A stretch of 64,000 bases of DNA from Candidatus Daviesbacteria bacterium (lineage in GTDB: Bacteria > Patescibacteriota > Microgenomatia > Daviesbacterales > UBA10151). The stretch is from positions 11,159-75,158 of the forward strand of contig JAUYKM010000012.1 in assembly GCA_030699125.1 (NCBI GenBank), given 5' to 3'. Positions 1-10,065 of this stretch are shown in pieces (position 1 is the stretch's first letter; each line of letters begins with the position of its first letter). The translations under genes and the position numbers were made by a program. The notes beneath the pieces were generated by a model. The model was not told where the DNA came from. It ran no database searches and saw only the letters and a list, made by a program, of their open reading frames with translations.

Positions 1-924
1 GGCAATCTTGCCACCTAGACTAGCCAATTTAACCGGGTTGTAGTGCCATTCAGCGGTGTAGCGTTGTCCGCAATAACCACAGTAGGCAAATCCCCGTAAC
101 AGAAAATCGTGGACTCTATGACGAATTAGAAAACTACGGTGCTTGGCTAACACATACTGGCAGGTATCGTAGAGCTCTTGGGTAATAATTGGGCGATGAT
201 TACCCATTTTTGACTCTCCGTGCCATCTGATGAGTCCGTAATAAAATGGGTTATTGAGGATATTGCAGATGACACTATGACCTAACCCGGTGCCATTTCT
301 TGAAAGAATATTTTTGTCTGCTAACCAATCCTGAACCTCAATAATAGAGTAACTACCCGTTGCATAGAGTTGAAATAATTCCTTGATAATGGGTGCGGTG
401 TAAGGATCAGGTTCACAAGTTTTTCGTTCTCTATCACCACCTACACTCCGATATCCAACCGGAGGAGGGGTGGGTTGCCAACCTTCCCGAAATTTTTGCA
501 TTAAAGCGTCACGGGTTCGTTGGCTGTTCACTTCACTTTCCCATTGAGCCACACTGGCAAAGATATTCGGCACCAAACTCGTTCCCTCACTCAAATCACC
601 TTCACAAACAGAGAGGAGTTTGATCCCCTTTTGCTTGAACTCACTGTAAAGTTTGGCAAAGTCACTGACATTTCTGGCAAAGCGGTCAATCTTATAGATG
701 ATAATTGCGTCAACTGGATGTTCCTCAAGTTCCTTCAGTAACTCCTGAAAAGCGGGCCTGTCGGTGGTTCGGGCACTTTTCCCATCCTCTTGGAATGTTC
801 GTTTAATATGGTAGGTGTGCATTTGGGCATATTCCATACACGCCCGTTTTTGATTGTCTATGGAGAAACCTTCGTGAGCCTGTTCTTCAGTGGATACTCG
901 GATATATAAATATGCGTTTTTCAT
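1..924 (-). CDS. Large serine recombinase/integrase (3' end runs off the window)
   Basis: Not in the ORF track. Manual translation from ATG at 924 gives MKNAYLYIRVSTEEQAHEGFSIDNQ...EDGKSARTTDRPAFQELL...IIIYKIDRFARN (resolvase catalytic YxRVS and DRFAR motifs) and later a zinc ribbon YCGYCG. Confidence 0.93.
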   Translation of the reverse strand, partial: MKNAYLYIRVSTEEQAHEGFSIDNQKRACMEYAQMHTYHIKRTFQEDGKSARTTDRPAFQELLKELEEHPVDAIIIYKIDRFARNVSDFAKLYSEFKQKGIKLLSVCEGDLSEGTSLVPNIFASVAQWESEVNSQRTRDALMQKFREGWQPTPPPVGYRSVGGDRERKTCEPDPYTAPIIKELFQLYATGSYSIIEVQDWLADKNILSRNGTGLGHSVICNILNNPFYYGLIRWHGESKMGNHRPIITQELYDTCQYVLAKHRSFLIRHRVHDFLLRGFAYCGYCGQRYTAEWHYNPVKLASLGGKIA

Positions 925-1087
925 AGTTATTCTTTCCTTATATTGATATTAAATTAGCCTGTGTGAGTTCTACTATCTTATACATATATTTTATTAGTTT
1001 TTGATTGAAATATCAAGGTAATCCAATCCTTATGGTTACTCTATAAACACTAGTTACTATATAGTCACTATGTGTTCCTATAAGTGA

Positions 1088-1477
1088 TTATGTATTGATT
1101 GCTTTATCTATTTGGTCTAAATCCTCATCTGTGATTTCTTCAGTTGTATTCCGGTTCTTCAACTTGTTTAGTATTTCGGATGAATACACGCCCTCTCTTA
1201 CCTTTTGATCCAATTCCGACAAAAATTGATTGATTACTCGCTCCTGGAGTTTGTGCCATTTGTCTTTATCATCAACAATAAAACACCGAAACCATTTATG
1301 TCCGAAGTCACCTTGACCGGTTGATGGTGGTTGCAACCAAAGATTGCCTTCTTTTGAGAGAGAAACACGGAAATATCTAACTTGAGCATCGTCCCAGATA
1401 AGTGTTGCTTGGGCAAGATAATTGCCACTCATCTTGAGATATATTTTTATATTTGCCTGGTCTAAGATTTCACTCAT
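1088..1477 (-). CDS. Hypothetical protein, weakly SpoVG-like nucleic-acid-binding
   Basis: 129-aa ORF with LAQATL...FRVSLSKEGNLWLQPPS pattern and acidic tail. Confidence 0.45.
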   Translation of the reverse strand: MSEILDQANIKIYLKMSGNYLAQATLIWDDAQVRYFRVSLSKEGNLWLQPPSTGQGDFGHKWFRCFIVDDKDKWHKLQERVINQFLSELDQKVREGVYSSEILNKLKNRNTTEEITDEDLDQIDKAINT

Positions 1478-1504
1478 ACTTTATATTTATAGAAATTTTA
1501 TTTG

Positions 1505-1726
1505 TTATAACTTCTTTAATTTAGGTATACTTGTGGTCACCTTAATGTCACCTATTTGTAATAAATGTAGCCTTGAAAGTTTTTGTCCGTTTTGTGTGGT
1601 CTTATTGTGGTCTAATTGTGTATTAAATAACCTCAAATAACTCAAGTCAGCCTTTCCCGGGTTTGTGTAGTCCAATTGTCGTCTATTTGTAGGTTTATTA
1701 GCCTTGATATCGGATTTCATAATCAT
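1505..1726 (-). CDS. Hypothetical protein
   Basis: 73-aa ORF whose start overlaps the stop of the upstream gene (ATGA coupling). Confidence 0.3.
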   Translation of the reverse strand: MIMKSDIKANKPTNRRQLDYTNPGKADLSYLRLFNTQLDHNKTTQNGQKLSRLHLLQIGDIKVTTSIPKLKKL

Positions 1727-1959
1727 TGTCTGTAAATAAGCTGTTTTAGGTTTCTTTGGGCTGCAAAATATGAGTTGGGCTCCACACTTCCCCTAGACGA
1801 GAAGAAGTCGTTAGTTAACCTTTCTCTATCAGGGGTATCCTCAAAAACGAAAACCGCTCGTTTCGGATTGTCTTTTTTAACCATTAACAGAAGACAGGAC
1901 TTACTCAGAAGATATGCACACAGAGGGAAATTATCACTTTCAAAAACTTTATTTTTCAT
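1723..1959 (-). CDS. DUF5659-like small protein
   Basis: 78 aa, F.S.NFPLCAYLLS...RAVFVFE...VEP..YF...RNLKQLIY pattern typical of this mobile-element family. Confidence 0.6.
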   Translation of the reverse strand: MKNKVFESDNFPLCAYLLSKSCLLLMVKKDNPKRAVFVFEDTPDRERLTNDFFSSRGSVEPNSYFAAQRNLKQLIYRQ

Positions 1960-1961
1960 AG

Positions 1962-2105
1962 TTATTTTTTCTTGTCAGGTTTGATAAAGCCGTAACTTGG
2001 TTTCTGGTAAATTATCTGGGTGAGGACGAGATTGACCCACTGTTCCGCTGCAGCGTCTATGATCTTAGAGGGATATTTCTGGTTATTCTTCTTATTACTA
2101 TTCAT
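1962..2105 (-). CDS. Small hypothetical protein (47 aa)
   Basis: MNSNKKNNQKYPSKIIDAAAEQWVNLVLTQII...; same ATAACTATG start context as neighbours; stop lies 2 nt before the next ATG. Confidence 0.45.
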   Translation of the reverse strand: MNSNKKNNQKYPSKIIDAAAEQWVNLVLTQIIYQKPSYGFIKPDKKK

Positions 2106-2203
2106 AGTTATCCAAAACTGATCTTGTTGGCTTCAGTTTATGGCAACTATGACTAGAGCTCCGCTTCCGAATATGGAGTGAGTTTATTTCACACTACAGG
2201 GGA

Positions 2204-3025
2204 TCAAATGTCAGAGGAGTGCTGTATATCTTTATAGAAATCACTTGCAATTTTCCTGATGTTTGAGTCGTTGAGGTTATATTTTTCTTCATCTTGGTCG
2301 TAATTCTCATCAGTAAGAAAGTCTTTCATTATTTCATCAATAATCTGCGGTGCTTCTTTTCCGAGGGAATGGTGAAGGTAAATAACTAAATCTCTCCTGA
2401 ATAACCACGCCTTTCTGTTACGCCCAGTGGGAAAAGCGGTTAGGAATTGTTGAAGGAAGGAAATTATCTGCCAATTTTTTTCAATATACTCGTGAAGTTG
2501 GTTTTTGGTAGTGTCTTTATATAATCGTATATATGCTCCCTCAGGTAAATCTTCTTTATCTTTATGTAAAGAGATACGAGCTTTGTATTTCGGTTCATCA
2601 ATTGACAGATTGTTTTCCAGAGTAACCAATTCTCCAACAGGTAGGACCTCGCCAAAGTATAAATAGTTCAAGACAAACTCTCCGTATTTATCCGGATTGA
2701 GTTGATATTTTTGGCAAACCTTGGCTATTTGCTTATCCCACGGATCCACCGGGACTTTATCACTATGACCGTTAAACCATTCTTCATATTTGGGATCATC
2801 GTCTCTTGGTGTGGTATAGAAGTCCTCTGGCAATTGATATTTCTGCCTAAGATCTAGCACTGTTTTTCTAAATGAGCTTTCAGTTACTACCCGAATTATG
2901 TTGAAAATGACTTCTTGAAGATCATAAACTGTCTTATCTGGTTGCTTACTAACCCATTCTAGTAACACTACAAGGTCTTTTTTAACCTCAACAGGATATA
3001 TTCTTCTGGTTATATTTATACTCAT
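2204..3025 (-). CDS. Hypothetical protein
   Basis: 273-aa ORF, no recognised motif, possible C-terminal HTH. Confidence 0.7.
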   Translation of the reverse strand: MSINITRRIYPVEVKKDLVVLLEWVSKQPDKTVYDLQEVIFNIIRVVTESSFRKTVLDLRQKYQLPEDFYTTPRDDDPKYEEWFNGHSDKVPVDPWDKQIAKVCQKYQLNPDKYGEFVLNYLYFGEVLPVGELVTLENNLSIDEPKYKARISLHKDKEDLPEGAYIRLYKDTTKNQLHEYIEKNWQIISFLQQFLTAFPTGRNRKAWLFRRDLVIYLHHSLGKEAPQIIDEIMKDFLTDENYDQDEEKYNLNDSNIRKIASDFYKDIQHSSDI

Positions 3026-3086
3026 AGTTATTCCAGCTGATACATATTTTACATCTTAGATGTATAATTATGTATAAGTTATCAAG

Positions 3087-3278
3087 ATGACTATGCCAAA
3101 AGGTAAGCGACTATTGAAAATTAAAGAAGCAGCGGAGATGTTGGGGGTTAATCCCGAAACATTAAGGCGCTGGGACAATGACGAAATTCTCAAAGCCGTT
3201 AGGGTTGGTAGTCGGGGTGATAGACGCTATAAGGTTGAAGAAATTGAGAAGAAAATAAAACAAAGAAAGATAGGTTAG
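3087..3278 (+). CDS. MerR-type HTH / excisionase-like DNA-binding protein
   Basis: LLKIKEAAEMLGVNPETLRRWD...GDRRY. Confidence 0.85.
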   Translation: MTMPKGKRLLKIKEAAEMLGVNPETLRRWDNDEILKAVRVGSRGDRRYKVEEIEKKIKQRKIG

Positions 3279-3315
3279 GCATCTAATATCGTAGACCTAA
3301 AAAATAACTATAAAT

Positions 3316-6033
3316 ATGGAAAAAATAAGTGAGTGGACAACCAGAAAAAAGATAATTGATGAGAGGCTCAAGGCATCTGGTTGGACAACTATTGTTCCCT
3401 ACAGCGAAGGTATGGATTTAACCAAACTCCATAATGCTGCAGTTGAGGAACTACCTACCGAACACGGTCCGGCTGATTATGTGCTTTTCCTTTTTGGTCA
3501 GCCTATTGCTATTGTTGAAGCAAAAAAATTGAGTCTTGGTCCACAGAATGTGCTTATCCAAGCCCAACGATATGCCAAGGGTCTAAGTCAAGGAATTGGC
3601 GACTTCAATGGCTACAAAGTTCCATTCATTTACTCCACTAATGGTGAGGTTTTCTGGTTTCAGGATCTAAGACCCACCAACAGCCGGTCAAGGCAAGTTA
3701 AGGCTTTCCACACGCCTCAAGGACTGTCGGAAATGGCAATCACCGATATAGCTTCCAAATCTTGGTGGTTTGGGCAAAACCCGATTGATAACGGAAAACT
3801 CCGCTATTATCAGAAAGAAGCCATTTCCTCAATTGAGTCGGCAATCCAAAACAACAAACGGGCAATGCTAGTGGCGATGGCAACCGGAACCGGGAAGACC
3901 TACACTATTGCCTCTCTTATTTACCGAATGCTCAAGTCCGGAACCAGTAAGCGGATATTATTTTTAGTTGACCGAAAGGCATTAGCGGCTCAAGCTGTGA
4001 TGGAGTTTGCGGCTTATGAAGCAGAGAGCGGACTCAAGTTCAATCAAATATATCAAGTGTATAGCCAGAAGTTTCAGAAAAGCTATCTAGAGGACGATGA
4101 TAAGTTTGACTTTACCGCATTACCTAATAGCTACCTAACCAATCCTGACGGTAACCAGGTTTTTGTTTATGTATGCACTATCCAACGAATGCAGATCAAT
4201 CTTTTTGGAAAAGAAGGAATGTTTTCTGAAACCGGAGAGTATGACCCCGAGGATGATGCCGATAAATTAGATATACCCATTCACGCCTTTGACACGATTA
4301 TTGCCGATGAGTGCCATCGTGGATATACCTCGCAAGAAGTAAGCAAGTGGAGAGAAGTATTAGACCACTTTGACGCTATCAAGATCGGTTTAACTGCTAC
4401 ACCAGCGGCTCATACTACCAGTTATTTCAAAGAAATTGTGTATCGGTATCCGTATGAGAAAGCGGTCAAAGATGGCTACTTGGTGGATTATGACGCAGTA
4501 AAAATTGAGTCTGGAATACGACTACAGGGAATTACAATCAAAGCGGGTGAAGAAGTAGAGGAAGTTGATCCCTCAACGGGGGTGCAACAACTTGACCTTT
4601 TGGAAGATGAGAAGCACTACGAAACCACCGAGCTTGAACGAGAAGTGACCTCACCGGATAGCAATCGCAAGATTATTCAAGAGTATGCTAAGTATGCCCT
4701 TGAGCAGGAAAAAGAATTAGGTAGGTTTCCCAAAACGCTTATCTTTGCCGACAATGATTTGCCACACACCTCTCATTCAGACCAGATAGTTGATATGTGC
4801 CGGGACATTTTTGGTCGGGGTGATGCGTTCGTCCAGAAGATAACCGGGTCGCCAACAGTAGATAGACCTCTTAGAAGGATTAAGGAGTTTAGAAACAGAC
4901 CGGAGCCTCTAATTGTGGTGACAGTAGATATGCTATCAACCGGAGTTGATATTCCGGCACTAGAAAACATTATTTTCCTTCGTCCAGTCAGATCAAGGAT
5001 ATTGTTTGAGCAAATGATGGGTCGTGGCACCCGTCTGTGTAAGTCATTTCCCAATGGCATTGGAACCGCACCCAAAACCCACTTTACGGTTTATGACTGC
5101 TTTGCCGGGACGCTCTTGGAGTCATTCAAAAATGAAACGAGTATTACCCAGTCAGCCCCACTCTCTCCTAACCGAACGATAAGGCAAATTATCCAAGAGT
5201 TAAGCGACAGCGTTGATGTGGATTACAACACGCGCTGCTTAGTCAAAAGATTTCAACGAATAAATAAAAACATAACTCAAGAAGGTAGAGATAGATTGGC
5301 AAAGTTTATACCCGATGGTGATTTAGGTCACTTTGCTAGTTCTCTTCCAGACCAGCTAGATAAGGAACGAGTATCAACCCTGAAACTGCTTAACAATGAT
5401 GAGTTGATTGACTTGCTGGAGAATTATCCAAGACCACCTAAGCAGTTTATCCGGGCAATTGAGTCGGAAGATGTAGTGACTTCCGAGTATCTTTTCCGCA
5501 CTACCGATGGTCGTGAACTAAAACCAGATGATTACATTTCCGCTTTTGAAAAGTTTGTCAAAGATAATCCCGAACACATTGAGGCAATCTCTATTATCTT
5601 AGAGAAACCAACCGGCTGGAACACCGAAGCACTCAAGGAATTGAGGGGTTCGCTCAAGACCTCACCGGAAGGATTTACCGAGGATAAATTGCGCAAAGCC
5701 TACAAGTATCCACTTGCCGATATTATTTCTATGATCAAACACGCTGGTAAAGAGGAACCAATCCTTTCGGCTCAAGAACGGGTAGATTTGGCTCTTGAGA
5801 AAGTAACCCAAGGTAAAGTGTTATCAACGCCACAACAAGAGTGGATAGGTCTAATCCGTAAGCACCTGATTGAGAACCTAACCATTGAAACCAGCGACTT
5901 TGACACAATGCCGATCTTCGTAAATAAGGGTGGTAATTTCAACCGTATCAACCAAGACTTTGACAACCAATTGGGGGTATTTATTAGTCAGTTAAATACG
6001 GCTATGCCGCAGGTATACGCTTATGCCAACTAA
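3316..6033 (+). CDS. hsdR: Type I restriction endonuclease subunit R
   Basis: PADYVL...IVEAKK nuclease motif, MATGTGKT Walker A, DECH box, TATP, QMMGRGTR. Confidence 0.95.
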   Translation: MEKISEWTTRKKIIDERLKASGWTTIVPYSEGMDLTKLHNAAVEELPTEHGPADYVLFLFGQPIAIVEAKKLSLGPQNVLIQAQRYAKGLSQGIGDFNGYKVPFIYSTNGEVFWFQDLRPTNSRSRQVKAFHTPQGLSEMAITDIASKSWWFGQNPIDNGKLRYYQKEAISSIESAIQNNKRAMLVAMATGTGKTYTIASLIYRMLKSGTSKRILFLVDRKALAAQAVMEFAAYEAESGLKFNQIYQVYSQKFQKSYLEDDDKFDFTALPNSYLTNPDGNQVFVYVCTIQRMQINLFGKEGMFSETGEYDPEDDADKLDIPIHAFDTIIADECHRGYTSQEVSKWREVLDHFDAIKIGLTATPAAHTTSYFKEIVYRYPYEKAVKDGYLVDYDAVKIESGIRLQGITIKAGEEVEEVDPSTGVQQLDLLEDEKHYETTELEREVTSPDSNRKIIQEYAKYALEQEKELGRFPKTLIFADNDLPHTSHSDQIVDMCRDIFGRGDAFVQKITGSPTVDRPLRRIKEFRNRPEPLIVVTVDMLSTGVDIPALENIIFLRPVRSRILFEQMMGRGTRLCKSFPNGIGTAPKTHFTVYDCFAGTLLESFKNETSITQSAPLSPNRTIRQIIQELSDSVDVDYNTRCLVKRFQRINKNITQEGRDRLAKFIPDGDLGHFASSLPDQLDKERVSTLKLLNNDELIDLLENYPRPPKQFIRAIESEDVVTSEYLFRTTDGRELKPDDYISAFEKFVKDNPEHIEAISIILEKPTGWNTEALKELRGSLKTSPEGFTEDKLRKAYKYPLADIISMIKHAGKEEPILSAQERVDLALEKVTQGKVLSTPQQEWIGLIRKHLIENLTIETSDFDTMPIFVNKGGNFNRINQDFDNQLGVFISQLNTAMPQVYAYAN

Positions 6034-7459
6034 CACAATTACTAATACGGGAGTTGTAAATAAACTCTGGGGGTTTTGTCATATCCTTCGTCAAGATGGA
6101 ATGGATTATGGCGACTATGTAGAACAACTTACCTTCCTATTATTCCTCAAGATGGCAGAGGAAAAGAAAGTAGTTATTCCCAAAGAATACTCTTGGGCTG
6201 TATTGAAAACCAAGTCCGGCACGGATCTAACTGATTTCTATTCGGATCTGTTAAGGGGTATGGCAAAACAGGAAGGGTTATTAGGAGCTATATTTACTGA
6301 AGCCCTCTCAAAGTTCACCAAGCCAGTCAACCTCAAGAAATTGATTGATCTCATAGATGAAATAGACTGGTCAAGTTTGGGAGTAGATGTCAAAGCAGAA
6401 GCCTATGAAGGACTTCTTGAAAAGTCTGCCTCTGAAGGTAAAAAAGGTGCTGGACAATACTTTACTCCAAGAGTGCTTATCCGATCTATTGTTAGTTGTA
6501 TAAAACCAGACCCCCGGAAAATACCTGATTTCTCCATCTGTGATCCTGCCGCTGGGACTGGTGGATTTTTAGTTGCTGCTTATGATTGGTTTCTCAAGAC
6601 TGTGGGCGAGGCAGTAAATCGTGACGATTTGGAACGAATTAGGAAGAAAACTTACTTTGGCACAGAATTAGTTCCCCGTCCCCGTAGATTAGCTTTAATG
6701 AACCTCTACTTGCACGGAATTGAGTCGGAGATAAGACTTGGTGACTCCTTGTATGAACCGGATCGTGGTGATCGCTATAATGTGATCCTCACCAATCCTC
6801 CGTTTGGAACCAAGGGAGCCAATCAGATACCGGAAAGACAAGACTTTACCGTTGGCACCAGTAACAAGCAGCTAAACTTCGTTCAACAAATCCTGACCAC
6901 CTTGAAACCGGGTGGTAGGGCTGGTGTGGTGCTTCCTGACAATGTTTTATTTGCTGACCAAGCGGGTGAGATTTTCAAGATCCTGATGCAGGATTGTAAT
7001 TTGCATACCATTCTAAGGCTTCCTAGAGGCACATTTACGCCTTACAGCCAAGGAGTTAAGGCTAATGTCATCTTTTTCACCAAAGGTCTTCCGACTGAAA
7101 ATGTCTGGATCTATGATGCCAGAACCAATGTTCCGGGAATAACCAAAAAGGATAGACCGCTTACTCCCAAACATTTCGCTGAGTTTGAAAAATGCTATGG
7201 AGACGATCCAAATGGACTTTCTTCAAGAAAGGAAACAGATAGCAAAGAAGGCAGATGGAAAAAGTTTTCTCTGGAACAAGTTAAGGAAGCCAACTACAAG
7301 CTAGATGGCTTCAAGTGGATCAAGGATGAGGACTTGGACGATCCAGAAAACCTGCCAGAACCGGAAGAATTATTGACTGACGCAATGTCAGAACTCAAAG
7401 AGGCAAATACTGCCCTAGAAAAGATCTATGCAGAGCTCACAAACGGAACTGACAACTAG
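6023..7459 (+). CDS. hsdM: Type I R-M N6-adenine methyltransferase subunit M
   Basis: GQYFTPR, DPAAGTGGF, NPPF motifs; overlaps hsdR. Confidence 0.95.
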   Translation: MPTNTITNTGVVNKLWGFCHILRQDGMDYGDYVEQLTFLLFLKMAEEKKVVIPKEYSWAVLKTKSGTDLTDFYSDLLRGMAKQEGLLGAIFTEALSKFTKPVNLKKLIDLIDEIDWSSLGVDVKAEAYEGLLEKSASEGKKGAGQYFTPRVLIRSIVSCIKPDPRKIPDFSICDPAAGTGGFLVAAYDWFLKTVGEAVNRDDLERIRKKTYFGTELVPRPRRLALMNLYLHGIESEIRLGDSLYEPDRGDRYNVILTNPPFGTKGANQIPERQDFTVGTSNKQLNFVQQILTTLKPGGRAGVVLPDNVLFADQAGEIFKILMQDCNLHTILRLPRGTFTPYSQGVKANVIFFTKGLPTENVWIYDARTNVPGITKKDRPLTPKHFAEFEKCYGDDPNGLSSRKETDSKEGRWKKFSLEQVKEANYKLDGFKWIKDEDLDDPENLPEPEELLTDAMSELKEANTALEKIYAELTNGTDN

Positions 7460-8762
7460 AACATTATCAGCTTTATTATCAGATATTGAAGCTGGGACTC
7501 GTCCCCGTGGTGGTGTGAGAGGTATATCCTCAGGTATTCCTAGCTTGGGTGGTGAACACCTAAACTCTCTCGGTGGGTTTGATTTTAGCTCAATAAAATA
7601 TGTGCCTGAAAACTTTGCATTGTCAATGAACAGAGGTAAGGTTAGATTAAATGATATTTTAGTAGTGAAAGATGGTGCGACAACTGGAAAAGTGTCCTTT
7701 GTAAACAGCGACTTTCCTTACAAAGAAGCTGTGATAAATGAGCACATTTTTTTATTAAGAACGAAACCAGATATTCTTCCTAAGTATCTTTTTTGGTTCT
7801 TGTGGAGTTCGTTGGGGCAAAGTGAAATTATTAGCAACTTTCAAGGTTCTGCACAGGGAGGAATAAATAGAACTTTTGTTGATGGAGTTGAAGTTCCAGT
7901 CTGTGATATTGATGAACAAAGAAAAATAGTGGTGAAGGTTGATGAATTATTTCCACAGGTTTCTCAAACATCAGTAAATATCCAAAAAGCAAAACTACTT
8001 ATTCAAAAGTTTCGCCAATCGGTTCTCTCCGCTGCCGTCACTGGGAAATTGACTGAGGGGTGGAGAGAAAAACACCTAAATGAAAACGGCAAGTTAGAGC
8101 TTGAAAAGTTATTTGGGACAATAAACACCGGTAATCTTGAAGATATTCCAGACACTTGGGGTCAAATTAGTTCATCAAGGGTATTTTCGTATGTCACGAG
8201 TGGATCAAGAGGCTGGGCAAGGTATTATTCGGACAAGGGCAATCTATTCTTCAGGGTGGGTAATTTGGAACATAATTCAATAAGCCTAAAACTAGATGAT
8301 GTTAAATATGTTAAGTTGCCAGATAAGACTGAAGGGAGACGCACAAAGTTACAACCAAATGACCTTCTCATATCAATTACAGCTGACATTGGAAGGATCG
8401 CTCTAATATCAAGTGATATTGATGAGGGATATATAAATCAACACATAGCTTTAGCAAGACCGGTAACTTCAATTTATGCACCCTTCCTTGCTTGGTATTT
8501 AGCCACATATCAAGGTGGGTGGAGCCAGTTTGTAGACAAGCAGCGTGGAGCAACAAAAGTTGGATTAGGATTAGATGATATTTCAAGTATTACCATTCCA
8601 TTTCCACCAATTGCAGAACAAAAAGAGATTGTTTCACAAATAGATAGATATTTAGGAATAGCACACCAAGTAGAACTTCAGATTGAAAACACTGAAAGAA
8701 AAGTAAATAAACTCACCCAATCAATCCTAGCTAAGGCATTCCGGGGAGAATTGGTAAACTAG
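7428..8762 (+). CDS. hsdS: Type I R-M specificity subunit S
   Basis: Two TRDs with P..EQ..IV repeats, QSVLSAAVTGKLT and QSILAKAFRGEL conserved helices. Confidence 0.93.
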   Translation: MQSSQTELTTRTLSALLSDIEAGTRPRGGVRGISSGIPSLGGEHLNSLGGFDFSSIKYVPENFALSMNRGKVRLNDILVVKDGATTGKVSFVNSDFPYKEAVINEHIFLLRTKPDILPKYLFWFLWSSLGQSEIISNFQGSAQGGINRTFVDGVEVPVCDIDEQRKIVVKVDELFPQVSQTSVNIQKAKLLIQKFRQSVLSAAVTGKLTEGWREKHLNENGKLELEKLFGTINTGNLEDIPDTWGQISSSRVFSYVTSGSRGWARYYSDKGNLFFRVGNLEHNSISLKLDDVKYVKLPDKTEGRRTKLQPNDLLISITADIGRIALISSDIDEGYINQHIALARPVTSIYAPFLAWYLATYQGGWSQFVDKQRGATKVGLGLDDISSITIPFPPIAEQKEIVSQIDRYLGIAHQVELQIENTERKVNKLTQSILAKAFRGELVN

Positions 8763-8763
8763 T

Positions 8764-9918
8764 ATGACTGCATTTAGGAATGGTGAATATCGCAAGGTGA
8801 CCGGATATTTGCGACAACATTTGAACACTAGAAATATACAGGGGCTATCTACATCAGGCTCTGTTGATGACGAGTTGTGGATTTTATTGGAGTATTATTC
8901 GGAAGTAGAAGATGTTGGATTGAAGTTTTTACTTGATAACGGTATTAAGAATAAAACCACGAGAAAGACTACCTATAAGCACTTTCAAGCATATGTCAGA
9001 CAAGCAAAGAATTACTATAATTCAGCTAAGGTTTTAGCACCTCGCTCAGCGGGATTGCTGTATTATTATTGTTTCCTTAATTTGGCAAAGGCAGCTTTAG
9101 TGGTAAGAGATCCGTCAATTGGAGGTAAGAAAATCACACACGGTTTGAGCTACAAGATTAATAGCGATCCGCATTTTATTAAACAAAGTGTAAACATCTT
9201 GAATGACGGAGTATTTCCAAAACTCTACGCTTTGTATTTCGGCCAGAGCGTAAAACAGATGAGTCTTACTATTCCAGCATTACTTAACTACTGCACAGAT
9301 ATAGGGTATCAATGTCAAATGGCTGGGATACATCAAACGAAGATAATTTATTCCTATTATGCCCATTGTGTTGATAAAACAAAAAAAACAGGGTGGGGTT
9401 TAGTAGCTATTCCTCAGGCTTCGTTGCTGTTGAAATACCATAAGAGCATAAAAAGTTTTATTGATACTTTTGAAAAAATAGAACTTCCACAATTAAGCTG
9501 CCGTGAATTATTTGACCTTGATGCATTTCAACAAAGCCATTATTCGTTTTTCCAAAGTAGGGAAGAAAAAAAGTGGATTAGCGACAACATACCTTCGGAA
9601 CCCGAGGTGAGAAGTGAAACATTAGCGGCACTGAGTAGAGTATTCCAAACTTACTACTTTGCAAAAGGCGCAGACTTTGCAATTTCTCTTCCTTACCTTC
9701 CCAATAAACAAGTAAGGATGGATGAAACAATTGCCATCTATCTGATAATGTTTTATTTATCAAACTTAGTAAGATATAACCCAAGGTATCTAGAGGGTCT
9801 ATTAAGTAAAAAGGAGTCTTGGCTAATTGATAGTTTCGTAAGATCCTGTTCGGTAACATTTCTTAGAGCATTTATATCTAGGATAATTGGCACAGATTAC
9901 ATAATTGAGGCTAGATAA
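8764..9918 (+). CDS. YaaC-like protein
   Basis: LLYYYCFLNLAKA...THGL...YLIMFYLSNLVRYNP..L pattern; starts 1 nt after the hsdS stop. Confidence 0.65.
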   Translation: MTAFRNGEYRKVTGYLRQHLNTRNIQGLSTSGSVDDELWILLEYYSEVEDVGLKFLLDNGIKNKTTRKTTYKHFQAYVRQAKNYYNSAKVLAPRSAGLLYYYCFLNLAKAALVVRDPSIGGKKITHGLSYKINSDPHFIKQSVNILNDGVFPKLYALYFGQSVKQMSLTIPALLNYCTDIGYQCQMAGIHQTKIIYSYYAHCVDKTKKTGWGLVAIPQASLLLKYHKSIKSFIDTFEKIELPQLSCRELFDLDAFQQSHYSFFQSREEKKWISDNIPSEPEVRSETLAALSRVFQTYYFAKGADFAISLPYLPNKQVRMDETIAIYLIMFYLSNLVRYNPRYLEGLLSKKESWLIDSFVRSCSVTFLRAFISRIIGTDYIIEAR

Positions 9919-10065
9919 TTTATGTTAGTTACGGTGTTGCCAAATGTTGTCCATACTGCAATTTCTTGATTAATAACCATCTTTCTCGCAACTCTCCGAT
10001 AAAACTAGCGTTCTGAAAAACCTCTAAGATCTTGGGGAAATCCTTCAGTATGAGGTGTCTAGGCT

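Noticed and set aside
393-741. ORFs 393-623 and 520-741 on the + strand
   Set aside because: They are antisense shadows of the serine recombinase on the minus strand.
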